A stretch of DNA of 63,808 bases, filler included, from Stramenopiles sp. TOSAG23-2 (lineage: Eukaryota): the NCBI GenBank assembly GCA_900128395.1. It is 7 parts of 7 records of this genome, joined end to end, with 100 filler letters (N's around TTAATTAATTAA, not from the genome) between each part and the next. Parts side by side here need not be neighbours in the genome. Positions count along the whole stretch, not along the records: positions 49,493 to 59,278 come from LT650077.1; positions 59,379 to 63,808 come from LT650183.1; 5 more parts are not named here. One strand, written 5' to 3'. The notes below the pieces were generated by a model, which saw only the letters and a program-made list of their open reading frames with translations, had not been told where the DNA came from and ran no database searches. Each line of letters opens with the position of its first letter. Positions within the stretch are counted from its first letter, which is position 1. Made by a program: the position numbers and the translations under genes. Shown here piece by piece: positions 51,001-62,688 of the stretch.

Positions 51001-51853
51001 TTCAATATTCACTTCTTACTTTTATCAAATCACAACTATATATATATAATAAATATGTCTCATCTAATCTACATCCATATATATCCATACACATATATAC
51101 ACATCTATCAAATGAATATAGTTTTTATTATATGCTTCGACAACAAATAAAATTTGCCATATACTGTACAAGCAACTTCTAAAGCATCAAATGAACCAAA
51201 GGTTATTGAGCCTGAATATAGAATACTATTAAATGATGGTGAGTTTCTACAAAGGTTGGATTCTTTTTTACAAAAAGTTGGAACAATATCACGGCAACTC
51301 GTCTATCAATTGGGTTTGTGTGTGTTAGTGTTGCTGAAGAATATATATTGTTTATTTTTGGTTTTTTGCATGTACTATGTACTTATAGATATAGGATGCG
51401 CGAAAATTCATATTAATATACACACAGCATTGGTTTTACTTCTTTGCTAGGATATTTTTTTGGTATTTTTAAGCATAATAATTAGTATAGTTCAAAAGAT
51501 ACAATAATAAAAATATCTTTTTATCTTGGAATCTTTGGATATATTATAATATATATGTGAGAAAGGAATACAGAAGACGACAGATATATATATATATATA
51601 TATACGAAATAAAATTAAGTGTAAATATAGTTTATAATAAAGCAAGGATTCTATATATCAGATAGTTTTTCAAAAAAAAAATAGTTTGAATCAGTTATTA
51701 TATATATTTAACTTCCTCAAATTTATACTCTTTTTTTTTTTAATAATAATCTTCTTCATTTTCTTGGGTATAAATTATATAGCGTAAATTATATTATTAT
51801 TATATCTGTTCGATAGAAGAAAACAATTATTTGAACAGTTCAATACAAAAAAT

Positions 51854-53296
51854 ATGTATAGCAAGATATTTATTAAAGCACCAGTAATCACTGCAACTGC
51901 TACGTTTTTTGCATCGTCGCAATATTTTTTTGAAAGACGACCAAATAATTATATCCTCCAAGCAGAAGATGATACATCAACTAATACAATATTCATTACT
52001 GAAAATAATAATAATAATGTAAATAATAATATTAATAGTAGTCGTCACAATAATAATATTAAATATTCATCAATATCATACAATGCAAATACACCATGCG
52101 AAGATACTTTTTCCATTGTTAAGAACAAAAATCCAAATGTACCATTTCAAACTGCATGTGCTGTATTTGATGGTCATGGTGGAAGACAAGTGGCTAAATA
52201 TGCTGAACACCATTTATTGAATCATTTTAAAAATTCTTTACTACGTGAAGTTGACAATAATAACAGCAATGGTAATAATAATAATGATGATGATAACAAT
52301 AATAGGATGATTGAAAAAACAATATTAAATACTTTTAAACAAATCGAAAATGATCTGCGTATAAAATTAAGGCCTGTATTTGAATTAGGATTTGGTAGCG
52401 TTGGTAGGGTAGGTGCTTGTGCATGTGTTGCTATATTGAATTATGATAATACATTAACAATAGCAAATGCAGGTGATTGCAGAGCAGTTATTGGATCAAT
52501 AATACCTAATAATAATGATACGAACAACAGGATGAAGCATATTATTGATGATGATAATAATAACGACGATGATGATACAAAACCATTCCAACAACAAATA
52601 CTCAATAATAAACCTGATAGTAAATTTAACAGTATTATTGCTTTGAACGATCTTGATACTAATACAACGATTCAAACAAATTCACCATTGGATCAAAATA
52701 TAAGTATTATTGCAAAACCAATGACTTCCATACATAATGCATGTGTAGAAAAGGAAAAAAAACAATTACAAAAAGATCATCCAGATGAAACATTGGAACA
52801 ATTAGTAAGATGTAAACATCCAACATCTTGTTACGTGAAAGGTAGATTGCAACCTACCCGTAGCTTGGGTGACTTTTATTTGAAATATGAAGAATTTAAT
52901 GGAACACGGCCATCTAAACATAATCCATATACTACCTCTGATCCAAATAGATCACGACATATTAAATCTCCATATAATCCTCCATACATAAAAGCAACAC
53001 CTGAAATTGTGAAATATCAAATTAATATTGCAAATGATAAGTTTTTAATATTAGCAACAGATGGTTTGTGGGATGAATTAACACCAGAGGAAGCATGTGT
53101 GATTGTAAACGATAACATCCAAAACCAAGGAAAAGATTCTATTGTGGAAACAAATGCAAAGGTTTTATTAAATGCAGCGATGGAAAAAGCGGCATATCGC
53201 ATTGGATTAACTGTGGATGAATTGAAGTCCAGTCCATTTGGTAAAAGGCGTAGGAGTATGCATGATGATATAACCATTATTGTCATGGAATTTTAA
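51854..53296 (+). CDS. PP2C/PPM phosphatase, pyruvate dehydrogenase phosphatase-like
   Basis: NTPCED, VFDGHGG, ANAGDCRAV, VKGRLQPTRSLGDFYLK, PPYIKATPE, FLILATDGLWD, RRSMHDDITIIV. Confidence 0.92.
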   Translation: MYSKIFIKAPVITATATFFASSQYFFERRPNNYILQAEDDTSTNTIFITENNNNNVNNNINSSRHNNNIKYSSISYNANTPCEDTFSIVKNKNPNVPFQTACAVFDGHGGRQVAKYAEHHLLNHFKNSLLREVDNNNSNGNNNNDDDNNNRMIEKTILNTFKQIENDLRIKLRPVFELGFGSVGRVGACACVAILNYDNTLTIANAGDCRAVIGSIIPNNNDTNNRMKHIIDDDNNNDDDDTKPFQQQILNNKPDSKFNSIIALNDLDTNTTIQTNSPLDQNISIIAKPMTSIHNACVEKEKKQLQKDHPDETLEQLVRCKHPTSCYVKGRLQPTRSLGDFYLKYEEFNGTRPSKHNPYTTSDPNRSRHIKSPYNPPYIKATPEIVKYQINIANDKFLILATDGLWDELTPEEACVIVNDNIQNQGKDSIVETNAKVLLNAAMEKAAYRIGLTVDELKSSPFGKRRRSMHDDITIIVMEF

Positions 53297-53512
53297 AAGG
53301 AAAAAATACGAGTACGTCGTACGTCGTAAAAACATACGAAAAAATATTTATCACCACGCGTACTTTATGACGCGTACTTTTATAAAATATATTTATATAC
53401 GTATATAACTTAGATTTTGACCATCATTGTTAAAATATATTATGTACATATATGTGTTTTTCTCTTACTCATATGTTATATAGTACATCATATATGATGG
53501 CTACATATATAA

Positions 53513-53535
53513 TGTGTGTGTGTGTGTGTGTGTGT
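53513..53535 (+). repeat. (TG)n microsatellite
   Basis: About 11 TG units between convergent genes. Confidence 0.9.
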
Positions 53536-53947
53536 ATAAAAATAAATATTTTTCAAATTAACAATTTAAACACATGTTTTTTTAAATAAATTTAAGAGTG
53601 TGTGTTTTTGAAAAAAAGTTTAAGCTCCACCTCTCTCTCTAATCACTATCATACATTTTATTTAAAATACACAAAGTATTTAAATATACAATTACGGAGA
53701 AGTAATATAAACACTACACACAGTTTTACCGCATTTGCTTTTACCTATTAATTTTTAATGTATCCAGCGTTTTGTCGTTAAAAACACAAAAAAAAATCAA
53801 TTTTTGTATTGGTCATTTTTACGTAGCTGGGGTGTTAGTGTGTACGCGTCTACACACATTTACTATCACATTTACTATAAAATACAATCCTATAATGTGT
53901 TAATATATATTATATGTATATGTGTGTTGTCATAAATAAGTTAAAAA

Positions 53948-55906
53948 TTACAAGCCAGCTTTTAATGGTAAAATTTGTGTTGCATTAGCTTCACCATTTT
54001 TCAATAGCTCTTGAATATTCTTTTTTGGGATTTTCCCTGTTGCACCACGTGGTAATTGTTCATTCCATATATATATTTCCGTTGGAACTTTAAATTTTGC
54101 TAAAATGCCTTGACAATGTTGTACCATTTCCGCTGCTGTAAATTTTGGTGCACCGTTTTTCAATACAATTGCTGCTGCAACTACTTCACCAAGACGTTCA
54201 TCTGGCATAGCAAATGCGGAACATTCCATAACAGATGGATGCTCATATATAGCAGATTCAACTTCTGCACATGAAATATTTTCACCACCACGAATAATCA
54301 AATCTTTCAAACGATCCATGATGTACAATGCACCTGTGTCATCCAAACGACCAATATCACCACTACGGAACCAACCATCTTTTGACATGGAATCAATCGT
54401 TTTTTCTGGTTTATTTAAATATTCTTTCATAATAGTAACACCACGTATCAATACTTCACCAGGTGTATTTGGTGGCACTTCTTTGCTTGGATCTTCTGAA
54501 TCTACTATTTTCACATCGATTAAACCAACTGCGCGACCACATGAACTTGGATTTGAAATGTATTCTGCACTAGACATGGTTTGTACCGTAATGGCATTGG
54601 ATTCGGTTAATCCCCATCCTTGTCCAGCACTTTTACCAGCTTTTGCAGTTTGTTCACTTAATTTTTTAGGAGGAGCTGCACCACCACCACCTAAACTTTT
54701 TAAAGTCGATGTGTCGTATTTATCATAATCAGGATGATTTAATAAATCCATGGACATGGTTGGTACGCCAGTAAAACTTGATACACGTTCTTCCTGTATC
54801 AATTGCAATGCTAGCAATGCATCCCACTTTGCCATCAAAACCAATTTACGCCCAAGGAATACACTTAACAAAAAGATAGCATGTGTACCAGTTGCATGGA
54901 ACAAAGGTACAGGGCATAAAATAGCATTTGCACGTGGTCCGGATGATGCTTTTTTCGGTGTTTTTGGCAATTTAGCACGAATTAAACGACCATGGGCCCC
55001 ATAAAACATTGCACCACGTAGTGATTGTACAACATTTCTATGCGTTGAAACTACACCTTTTGGTGCACTTGTGGTTCCACTAGTGTACATGATAATAGCA
55101 TTTGCTTCTGGAGATACTGTGCATGATGGCATTGGTTTTCCTTTCACCATGTTCATAACATCATGTAATTTGTAAACTTTTACATTACCACCACCCGTAT
55201 CCGCAACATTATCTGGATCACGACTAACAACGACGGCTTTTAACTTTGGCAATTTACCTTCCCTGCATAACGGCAATACTTGTGCAGCACGTTGGCCATC
55301 ACAGAAACAAACAGTTGAACCAGAATCATTCAAACCATATGAAATTTCATCACCAACCCATAAGGAGTTTGTTGGAACGGAAACTAAGCCACTGCTAGTA
55401 CTACCCATAAATGCAAGTACCCATTCAGGATAATTTCTCATCAACATGGAACATGGTTCACCTTCATTGCAGCCAACTACATTGCGTAAGAAATGGCCAA
55501 GTCCACTTGCTAATTCCCATGATTTTCCAAAGCTATATCGCTCCATGCCATTAATAGCGTCAGCGCCACCATAAACCAAGAAGTCATTATCTTTATATTG
55601 GGTGCAAAATTTTTCAAATACTTCACGTAAACGTTGTGGTCCATTTTTAAAGTATCTATATTTCTGCCCTTTACCCTCCGTGCCAGATAAATGTGGCGCA
55701 TTTGTTGTTCCATTGTCCGTACGAATGTAATCTTCAAATAATTTATATTCGCTACCATCTGCTTGCAATGCATTAAATGCTTCTTCCACATGTTCCGTAG
55801 GCAAACCATTTGCTTTTGCCCATAATTCCACACGGTCTTTCATGGATGGAATCGTCGTACCAAAGTATTTACTTCCAATACCAGAATCTGTTGTAAATGT
55901 TGTCAT
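53948..55906 (-). CDS. Long-chain acyl-CoA synthetase (class I adenylate-forming, FadD-like)
   Basis: YTSGTTSAPKG, PLFHATG, GWGLTES, GWFRSGDIG, DRLKDLIIRGGENI, LPRGATGKI. Confidence 0.93.
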   Translation of the reverse strand: MTTFTTDSGIGSKYFGTTIPSMKDRVELWAKANGLPTEHVEEAFNALQADGSEYKLFEDYIRTDNGTTNAPHLSGTEGKGQKYRYFKNGPQRLREVFEKFCTQYKDNDFLVYGGADAINGMERYSFGKSWELASGLGHFLRNVVGCNEGEPCSMLMRNYPEWVLAFMGSTSSGLVSVPTNSLWVGDEISYGLNDSGSTVCFCDGQRAAQVLPLCREGKLPKLKAVVVSRDPDNVADTGGGNVKVYKLHDVMNMVKGKPMPSCTVSPEANAIIMYTSGTTSAPKGVVSTHRNVVQSLRGAMFYGAHGRLIRAKLPKTPKKASSGPRANAILCPVPLFHATGTHAIFLLSVFLGRKLVLMAKWDALLALQLIQEERVSSFTGVPTMSMDLLNHPDYDKYDTSTLKSLGGGGAAPPKKLSEQTAKAGKSAGQGWGLTESNAITVQTMSSAEYISNPSSCGRAVGLIDVKIVDSEDPSKEVPPNTPGEVLIRGVTIMKEYLNKPEKTIDSMSKDGWFRSGDIGRLDDTGALYIMDRLKDLIIRGGENISCAEVESAIYEHPSVMECSAFAMPDERLGEVVAAAIVLKNGAPKFTAAEMVQHCQGILAKFKVPTEIYIWNEQLPRGATGKIPKKNIQELLKNGEANATQILPLKAGL

Positions 55907-56268
55907 GGTTGTTGTAAATTATTTGTATATCTGTCTGTATTTATGAATATATCAAACGTTCAATCTCTTAATTTTCTGTTTCTTTTAGTTTCAATTCTCG
56001 CTTTGTTGTTCTATACCTATTTTGTGTTTGTCTATGATATATATATATAAATCATTCATTAGGCCTGAGTGGATGAGAAATGATGTTAAAGTTGGACAGA
56101 CCGAAGAGTACCCTAATTTTAACATGAAATATTAGGAACACATTTTGACAATTTTTTTTTTCATCTTTTCTTGGAGTATAATGTATTGGCTCTTGAAAGA
56201 GATAATTGAACCGGTTTACAATATCTACTGGACCACTTTTTTAATTTTTTTTTTTAATCACTTTACCG

Positions 56269-57126
56269 TGTAGTTTTTGTAAATTCCTTGTTCTTCCATA
56301 TTCTGTCCTAAATGTGAAAATTTTCTTCTGACTATCATTTAAAATACTATTTGCTTTATTAATTAAAATCTTTGTAATTGCTGTTAATATCTGGACTATT
56401 CTATTGGAATGGTTGTATCTTCCTGTTCTTACAACTGCAGAATTTGCAAATCAGTGTTTAGCAGGTATTGGAGCAGCATTTAGTGAAGGATTTTTAAATA
56501 TTGTTCTGCATATTTATATCTTTGATCAAGGTTTCCATTTTTATCTGGTTGTGGTGATCCAGTTGAATTAGCAGTTTTATACATGAACCTTTTCTTTAGC
56601 TTTTCAGCTGTCCAAGGTGGTACATGTAGCTTCAATTCTTCAATGACCTCTTGTGCTAGTATCATTTTCTTATCAGAGGACTGTGCAGTGTCCACATCAG
56701 TGGCTAGTATTTTAGATCATCTTGGTGTACAAAGATCTTGCATTTTGCCCATTGATTGGTATTGGTGGCTACATAGGGTTATTTGATGATCCTAATACAT
56801 TCAGAAGATTAGATAATTGTCAACATTTTGTAGATGTAGCAGTAGATGAAAATAACAATGATGATGATTTTGATGATGAAACCAGGCAAGCTGCAGACTT
56901 AGAAATCTCGGTAGATGAACCCGGTTTTTTTCAGATTAAACAGGCAAAAAACCGTTACTACACATGTCATAACCACCCGGTTAAAAAGAATTTCCAAGGA
57001 AAAGTTAAAGCATCCGAAATTGATCTAGATTTTCATTTTCACGAAAACCCTTTAAGGAGGAAATATCATGGTTGTAATAATATACCTCTTGTGCCAATTA
57101 AAAATTATATTGATAAAAATCGATGA
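56269..57126. pseudogene. Decayed coding-like segment (gene or element relic), CpG-free over 640 bp
   Basis: Coding-like base composition, broken frames on both strands, Asp/Asn tract in ORF 56722-57126; no CG dinucleotide from 56269 to 56908. Confidence 0.45.
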
Positions 57127-57570
57127 AGATTATAATTTAAGGGTCCATTTTAAGAAAATTTGTTAAAAATATTAAGAACCTATCAAATTAATTCCGATAG
57201 TATGAACACAGCATTACACCAAATATTAATTTATATTATAATATTCTCACTCCTCCTTTTTTTTTTTTTTGAATTTGTTGTTATGTTGCTTATTGTTTTT
57301 AAATAATAAATAATATATATACTGTATATAATAAATAGATTCCTTCTTAGATGTAGAAAAGAAAAAGAGATTAAAGTAATAGGAACTATATCATTGGATT
57401 ATATTACATATCATATCATACCAACAAAAATAATAAATATATTATACTCCCAACCATAAATTATTTTTGAATATATATATATAAATAAATAATTATATAG
57501 TTCAAGATTATACTAATTTTTTGAATATTTAAAATATTGATATCTATATACACATAATAATAATAATACC

Positions 57571-58812
57571 ATGGAAAGGTTAGTAAAAAAAGATTCTACG
57601 GATATGTACAAATTGAATTGGCGTATTCATGCTACATTTACACGTGGGGAATATTCAAAATGTATGGAAGTCATCGAACGTCAATTAAAAGATACAAAAG
57701 GTTTGTGTGAATATGCTTTATATGTCAAAGCTATGATTAAACGTCAACAAGGGGAAATAACAGATTCGTTGCAATTATTTCAAACAGCTACATGTTTAAA
57801 CCCAACTAATATTGCTAATTTAAAACAAGTTGCACGTTCGTTGTATTTATTGGGCAAGCATAAAGCAGCGATTGAAGTGTACGAAGAAGCGGAACGAGCT
57901 GTTGATACAGGTGCTAGTAAAGATTGGGAAGTATGGCATAATAAAGGTTTATGTTATACCTATTTGAAACAATTTGATGATGCTGTTACATGTTTTAAAA
58001 AGGCAAATAAGTTACAGCGACATGATATTACATTTATGCAATTAGGAAAAGTACATACATTGCAAGAAGATTATAAAAAGGCAATTGATGTATATTTAGA
58101 TGCATTGGAATTTTCCCCTGAAAATCCAGAAATATTAACAACATTAGGTTTATTATATTTACGACAAGGTGATAATTACAAAGCATTTGATTATTTAGGA
58201 AATTCATTGACGCATGATAGGACAAATCCAAAAACAATATTAGCAGCTGGAAGTATAATGCAAGATCACATGGATAATGCAACTGCTTTGATTAAATACC
58301 GTATTAGCGCACAAAAGACACCTAATAGTGCACAATTGTGGAACAATATTGGTATGTGCTTTTTTGGGCAAGAAAAATATATTGCATCTATATCATGTTT
58401 GAAACGTGCTTTATATTTAGATCCATTTGAATGGATTATTGCGTATAATTTGGGATTAGTACATTTGAATACGGGGCAATATGCTAGTGCATTTCATTAT
58501 TTTTCAAGCTCTATTAATTTAAAAACAGATTTTGCTAGCTCATATATGTACTTGGCAGTTACGTTAGTTCGATTGGAAGATTTTGATAATGCATGTCAAG
58601 CATATGAAAAAGCATTAGAAATCGATAGCGAGGATCATTTAACACATTTAAATTATGCAGTTTCTTTATTAAATGCAGGCGAGAAAGAAAAAGCGGAAAA
58701 ACATTTAGATCATTTTGAAAGATTGTTTACTGAACTTGATGAAGATGAAAAAAATAATGATCCAGATGTATTGGAAGTACGTGCAGAATTATTAAATCGT
58801 TTAAAGAATTAA
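57571..58812 (+). CDS. BBS4: BBSome TPR subunit BBS4
   Basis: NWRIH...GLCEYALYVKA, NLKQVARSLYLLGKHKAAIEVY, WNNIGMCFFG, ISCLKRALYL.PF.W, QYASAFH. Confidence 0.96.
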   Translation: MERLVKKDSTDMYKLNWRIHATFTRGEYSKCMEVIERQLKDTKGLCEYALYVKAMIKRQQGEITDSLQLFQTATCLNPTNIANLKQVARSLYLLGKHKAAIEVYEEAERAVDTGASKDWEVWHNKGLCYTYLKQFDDAVTCFKKANKLQRHDITFMQLGKVHTLQEDYKKAIDVYLDALEFSPENPEILTTLGLLYLRQGDNYKAFDYLGNSLTHDRTNPKTILAAGSIMQDHMDNATALIKYRISAQKTPNSAQLWNNIGMCFFGQEKYIASISCLKRALYLDPFEWIIAYNLGLVHLNTGQYASAFHYFSSSINLKTDFASSYMYLAVTLVRLEDFDNACQAYEKALEIDSEDHLTHLNYAVSLLNAGEKEKAEKHLDHFERLFTELDEDEKNNDPDVLEVRAELLNRLKN

Positions 58813-59278
58813 AAAAAATACCTGTGAAGAATATGATATTAATATATATAATATAAATAAATATGTACTCGTAATATATATATACGAAGCCGTCGTATAA
58901 ATATATAAACAATACGAGTATGAATGTACCATTTTGTGGTAAATCGTGATAATTCACACACACATATGATATTTTATTCACATGGAAATGGAGCTTGGGG
59001 GTTTATTCTAACTTAAAAAAACCCTGTATTTCATCATTTTGTTTTTCCCTTGGCTTATAAGCACATTTACGGCTAAATTTCCCTCCTAAAAGGTAATTTA
59101 CATATCATATATATATTCATATATATTAATTATATTATCATGAGTAAATTAAAAATAAATTATGCGTAAATTATATATTCATATTTTAAATATTTAAAAT
59201 TATATATATATATACGGCACACTTAACTCTGAATCACAGACAGAGGAACAATCTTTTGAATATCATACTAAATAATTT

Positions 59279-59378
59279 NNNNNNNNNNNNNNNNNNNNNN
59301 NNNNNNNNNNNNNNNNNNNNNNTTAATTAATTAANNNNNNNNNNNNNNNNNNNNNNNNNNNNNNNNNNNNNNNNNNNN
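59279..59378. other. Artificial contig linker
   Basis: N44-TTAATTAATTAA-N44. Confidence 0.98.
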
Positions 59379-59419
59379 ATTTTTTAAAAACGGCGAAACG
59401 AAAAAGAGTTATTACAATA

Positions 59420-61177
59420 ATGGAAGAAGCAAAATCTCTTACTGCTGCAGAATGTAAAGCAAAAGGAAACGCTTGTTTATCGGCGAAAGATTATAATACT
59501 GCAATACAATGGTACACAGCAGCTATTGAGAAAGATGGAACCAACCATGTATATTACAGTAATCGTTCAGCAGCATATTTAAACTTAGGAAATGGCGCTG
59601 CTGCGTTGACAGATGCTGAAAGTTGCATTAAAGTCAAAGGAGATTGGGCAAAAGGTTACAGTAGAAAAGGAGCAGCTCTTCATAAATTAAATAAAATGAA
59701 GGAAGCTATTGCTGCATATGAACAAGGTTTAAAAATTGATCCAAGCAATGCAGCATTGAAGCAAGGACTAGCAGCTGCGCAAAAAGCCGCACAACCAAAG
59801 ATGCCAAATCCATTCGGTCCAGATATGTATTCAAAGCTACAATCGAATCCAACAACAGCACAATGGCTAAGCGATCCAAATTACGTAAATACGTTGAATC
59901 TATTGTCTTCAAACCCACAAATGTTACAAAATCCACAATTATTGCAAAGTATGGATCCACGTATTTTGCAAACGTACATGTTTTTAATGGGTATGGGGAT
60001 GCCGCAAGGTATGCCAACAAGTGGTGGTGGTAGTGGTACATCGAGCAGGAAGACTGAATCGCCAGCAGAGAAAAAAGCTCGTATTGAAAGGGAAGCAAAA
60101 GAAAAAGCAGAAAAGGAACGTGCAGAAATATTAGCAAATGAAACACCTGAAGAAAAAGTTATACGTGAAAATAAGGAAAAAGCAGATGCAGTGAAAGCGG
60201 AAGGTACAGCATTTTATAAAAAGAAAGAGTTTGACCAAGCGATTGAGAAATATGAAGCTGCTAGTAAAATGTGCCCAACAGATATGACATACATGTTGAA
60301 TATCGCTGCATGTTATTTGGAACAAAAGAAATTTGATGATTGCATTTCATTATGTAAAGATGCTATTGATGTTGGCCGTGAAAATTATAATGATTTTAAA
60401 TTAATTGCAAAAGCATTTGAACGCATTTCAATGGCATATAAAAAGCAAAAAGATTACACATCAGCATTGGAATGGATGGAAAAAGCAAATTTGGAAAGTT
60501 CGAACGATAAACGTGCAGATAAATTATTGCAATTGAAGCGTTTAAAGAAAAAGCAAGATAAAGCTGCGTATATTGATCCAGCAAAAGCACTTGAGGCAAA
60601 AGAACGTGGTAATGTTCAATTTAAAGCTGGTAAATTTCCAAAAGCAATTGAAGAATACACCGATGCGATTAATCGTGATCCAACGAATCCAATGTATTAT
60701 TCCAATCGTGCTGCAGCATATCAAAAATTAATGGATTTTCAAAAAGCGGTTGAAGATTCTCAATTGGCATTGAAACAAGATCCAAAATTCACTAAAGCAT
60801 GGATGCGTAAAGCTGGTTGTGAATTTTTCCTGAAGGAATACCACAAATGCATGGATTCATATAAAGCAGTGCTTGATTATGAACCAGAAAATGAAGAGGC
60901 GAAGAAAGGTTTGGAGCGTACGGTGAGAAAAGTGAATACAAGTTCTGGTGGTGAAATGGATGCGCAAAGGCAAGCACGTGCAATGGCTGATCCTGAAATA
61001 CAAAATATTTTACGTGATCCATTAATGAATAGAATTTTACAAGATATGAGTACAGATCCAGTTGCAGCACAAAAACATATGAAAGATCCAGCAACAATGG
61101 CAAAAATTGAAAAATTAATTGCTGCTGGTGTTTTGAAAGTTGGTGGACCACCAGGAGGCCAACAACGTAGAAAGTAA
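59420..61177 (+). CDS. STIP1: Hsp70/Hsp90 organising protein STI1/HOP
   Basis: TPR1 (KAKGN...YSNRSAAY...KGYSRKG), DP1, TPR2A, TPR2B (AYIDP...KERGN), DP2 (AMADPEIQNILRDP...KLIAAGVL). Confidence 0.96.
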   Translation: MEEAKSLTAAECKAKGNACLSAKDYNTAIQWYTAAIEKDGTNHVYYSNRSAAYLNLGNGAAALTDAESCIKVKGDWAKGYSRKGAALHKLNKMKEAIAAYEQGLKIDPSNAALKQGLAAAQKAAQPKMPNPFGPDMYSKLQSNPTTAQWLSDPNYVNTLNLLSSNPQMLQNPQLLQSMDPRILQTYMFLMGMGMPQGMPTSGGGSGTSSRKTESPAEKKARIEREAKEKAEKERAEILANETPEEKVIRENKEKADAVKAEGTAFYKKKEFDQAIEKYEAASKMCPTDMTYMLNIAACYLEQKKFDDCISLCKDAIDVGRENYNDFKLIAKAFERISMAYKKQKDYTSALEWMEKANLESSNDKRADKLLQLKRLKKKQDKAAYIDPAKALEAKERGNVQFKAGKFPKAIEEYTDAINRDPTNPMYYSNRAAAYQKLMDFQKAVEDSQLALKQDPKFTKAWMRKAGCEFFLKEYHKCMDSYKAVLDYEPENEEAKKGLERTVRKVNTSSGGEMDAQRQARAMADPEIQNILRDPLMNRILQDMSTDPVAAQKHMKDPATMAKIEKLIAAGVLKVGGPPGGQQRRK

Positions 61178-61469
61178 AAAAAAAAACAAACAATGTGTAT
61201 GCTGGTATGCGCGCCTTTGAAAGACATAGAAAGAGAGAGAAAGAGAGGTGCTACGAGTATAATACATTTTTGGGAGGGGTATATATGTACGACGTACGAA
61301 GGTTCGTATATGATATATATATATATATAGGGTATTTAAATAAAAAGAAAATTTTTAACGAAAGTACGTATGCATATACTACACACAAAATAAAACAATT
61401 TTATGTTTCTCACACATTACGATTCAAAAGTACGAATCGTATTAAAAGAAAATACGCGCGCGTGTGTGC

Positions 61470-62567
61470 AAATATGTTTTAATTTTGTTAAATATTTCAT
61501 TTCCAGATGTTGATCCTGAACTGTAATGTGCTTCCACATCTTGTCCATTTACTATTGACATTTTGTTATAAAACGATTAAAATATGTATATACACGACGT
61601 ACAGAAGGATATATGTATATAAGCTTAATGAAAATATTTCTACTATCATAATCATCATTTCTATCTATCCAGCTACATGTATATATATCGAGTATTTGTG
61701 TGGTAAAGCTTCTTTTTATAGAAGAAAAGATGCATCTTTATTATTGTTGTGGCGCAATTTTTTAATATTAGTGCTATTCGTATGCTATATTATTAAAAAA
61801 TTGCTAATTTGCCATTCGGCTTAAGTTTTTTAGATATTTCGTTAATTAATTTTGTTTTATCTGTAATATTCATACCAACATGCAATAGATATGCTTTATC
61901 AAACAAGCCTGTAGAATCCGAGGGCAACGCTTTTTCCAAATCCAATCCACTACCAACAACTAAATGAACTTTATCTTTAAGTTGAGGAAATAAAGATTTC
62001 GTAATTTCATTTCCAGCATCCACAAATTTCTTTGTTAAATCAACACCTATTACCTTGCATCCATATTTATCAGCAACAAATCTCGCTGGACCGCCTAATC
62101 CAGCTCCTACATCCAATATCGTATCTGTTGATTTAATATCTAGCTTGTCCATCAATGAAATAGTTCCAGGTATACCACCAATATGAAACTCATCAACAGG
62201 TGCTAAATCTGTCAGTCTTACGGTAGTAATATTATTTTCATTTAAATATGTTTTAATTTTGTTAAATATTTCATTTCCAGATGTTGATCCTGAACTGTAA
62301 TGTGCTTCCACATCTTGTCCATTTACTATTGACATTTTGTTATAAAACGATTAAAATATGTATATACACGACGTACAGAAGGATATATGTATATAAGCTT
62401 AATGAAAATATTTCTACTATCATAATCATCATTTCTATCTATCCAGCTACATGTATATATATCGAGTATTTGTGTGGTAAAGCTTCTTTTTATAGAAGAA
62501 AAGATGCATCTTTATTATTGTTGTGGCGCAATTTTTTAATATTAGTGCTATTCGTATGCTATATTAT
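61470..62567 (+). repeat. 324 bp direct repeat pair (61470-61793 and 62244-62567)
   Basis: Copies look identical by eye at offset 774; the unit holds the upstream region and first ~30 codons of the methyltransferase. Confidence 0.93.
61793..62335 (-). pseudogene. Class I SAM methyltransferase (DEFH-type, sarcosine/dimethylglycine MT-like), C-terminally truncated
   Basis: DLAPVDEFHIGG, ILDVGAGLGGPAR, IGVDLT, LHVGMNI.DK, LKPNGKLAIF; the stop falls exactly at the repeat junction. Confidence 0.72.
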
Positions 62568-62688
62568 ATGGCAAACAACAGCCTTTTTTTTTGGGAATAA
62601 TACTACCTGTAAATAATACATAAGCACAATAAATATAGAAATAAAAAAATTAAAATAGCGTGTGCTATACATTTATATTTTATATTTT

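Noticed and set aside
51132-51450. Plus-strand coding-like stretch (LPYTVQATSK...) upstream of PP2C
   Set aside because: No in-frame ATG, needs a frameshift, no recognisable homology; at best a relic.
53948-53962. C-terminal AGL of the acyl-CoA synthetase as a PTS1
   Set aside because: Lacks the basic residue at position -2 of canonical SKL/AKL signals.
1686-61177. Functional clustering of two STI1-domain genes, or of the methyltransferases
   Set aside because: They lie on different, arbitrarily concatenated contigs.
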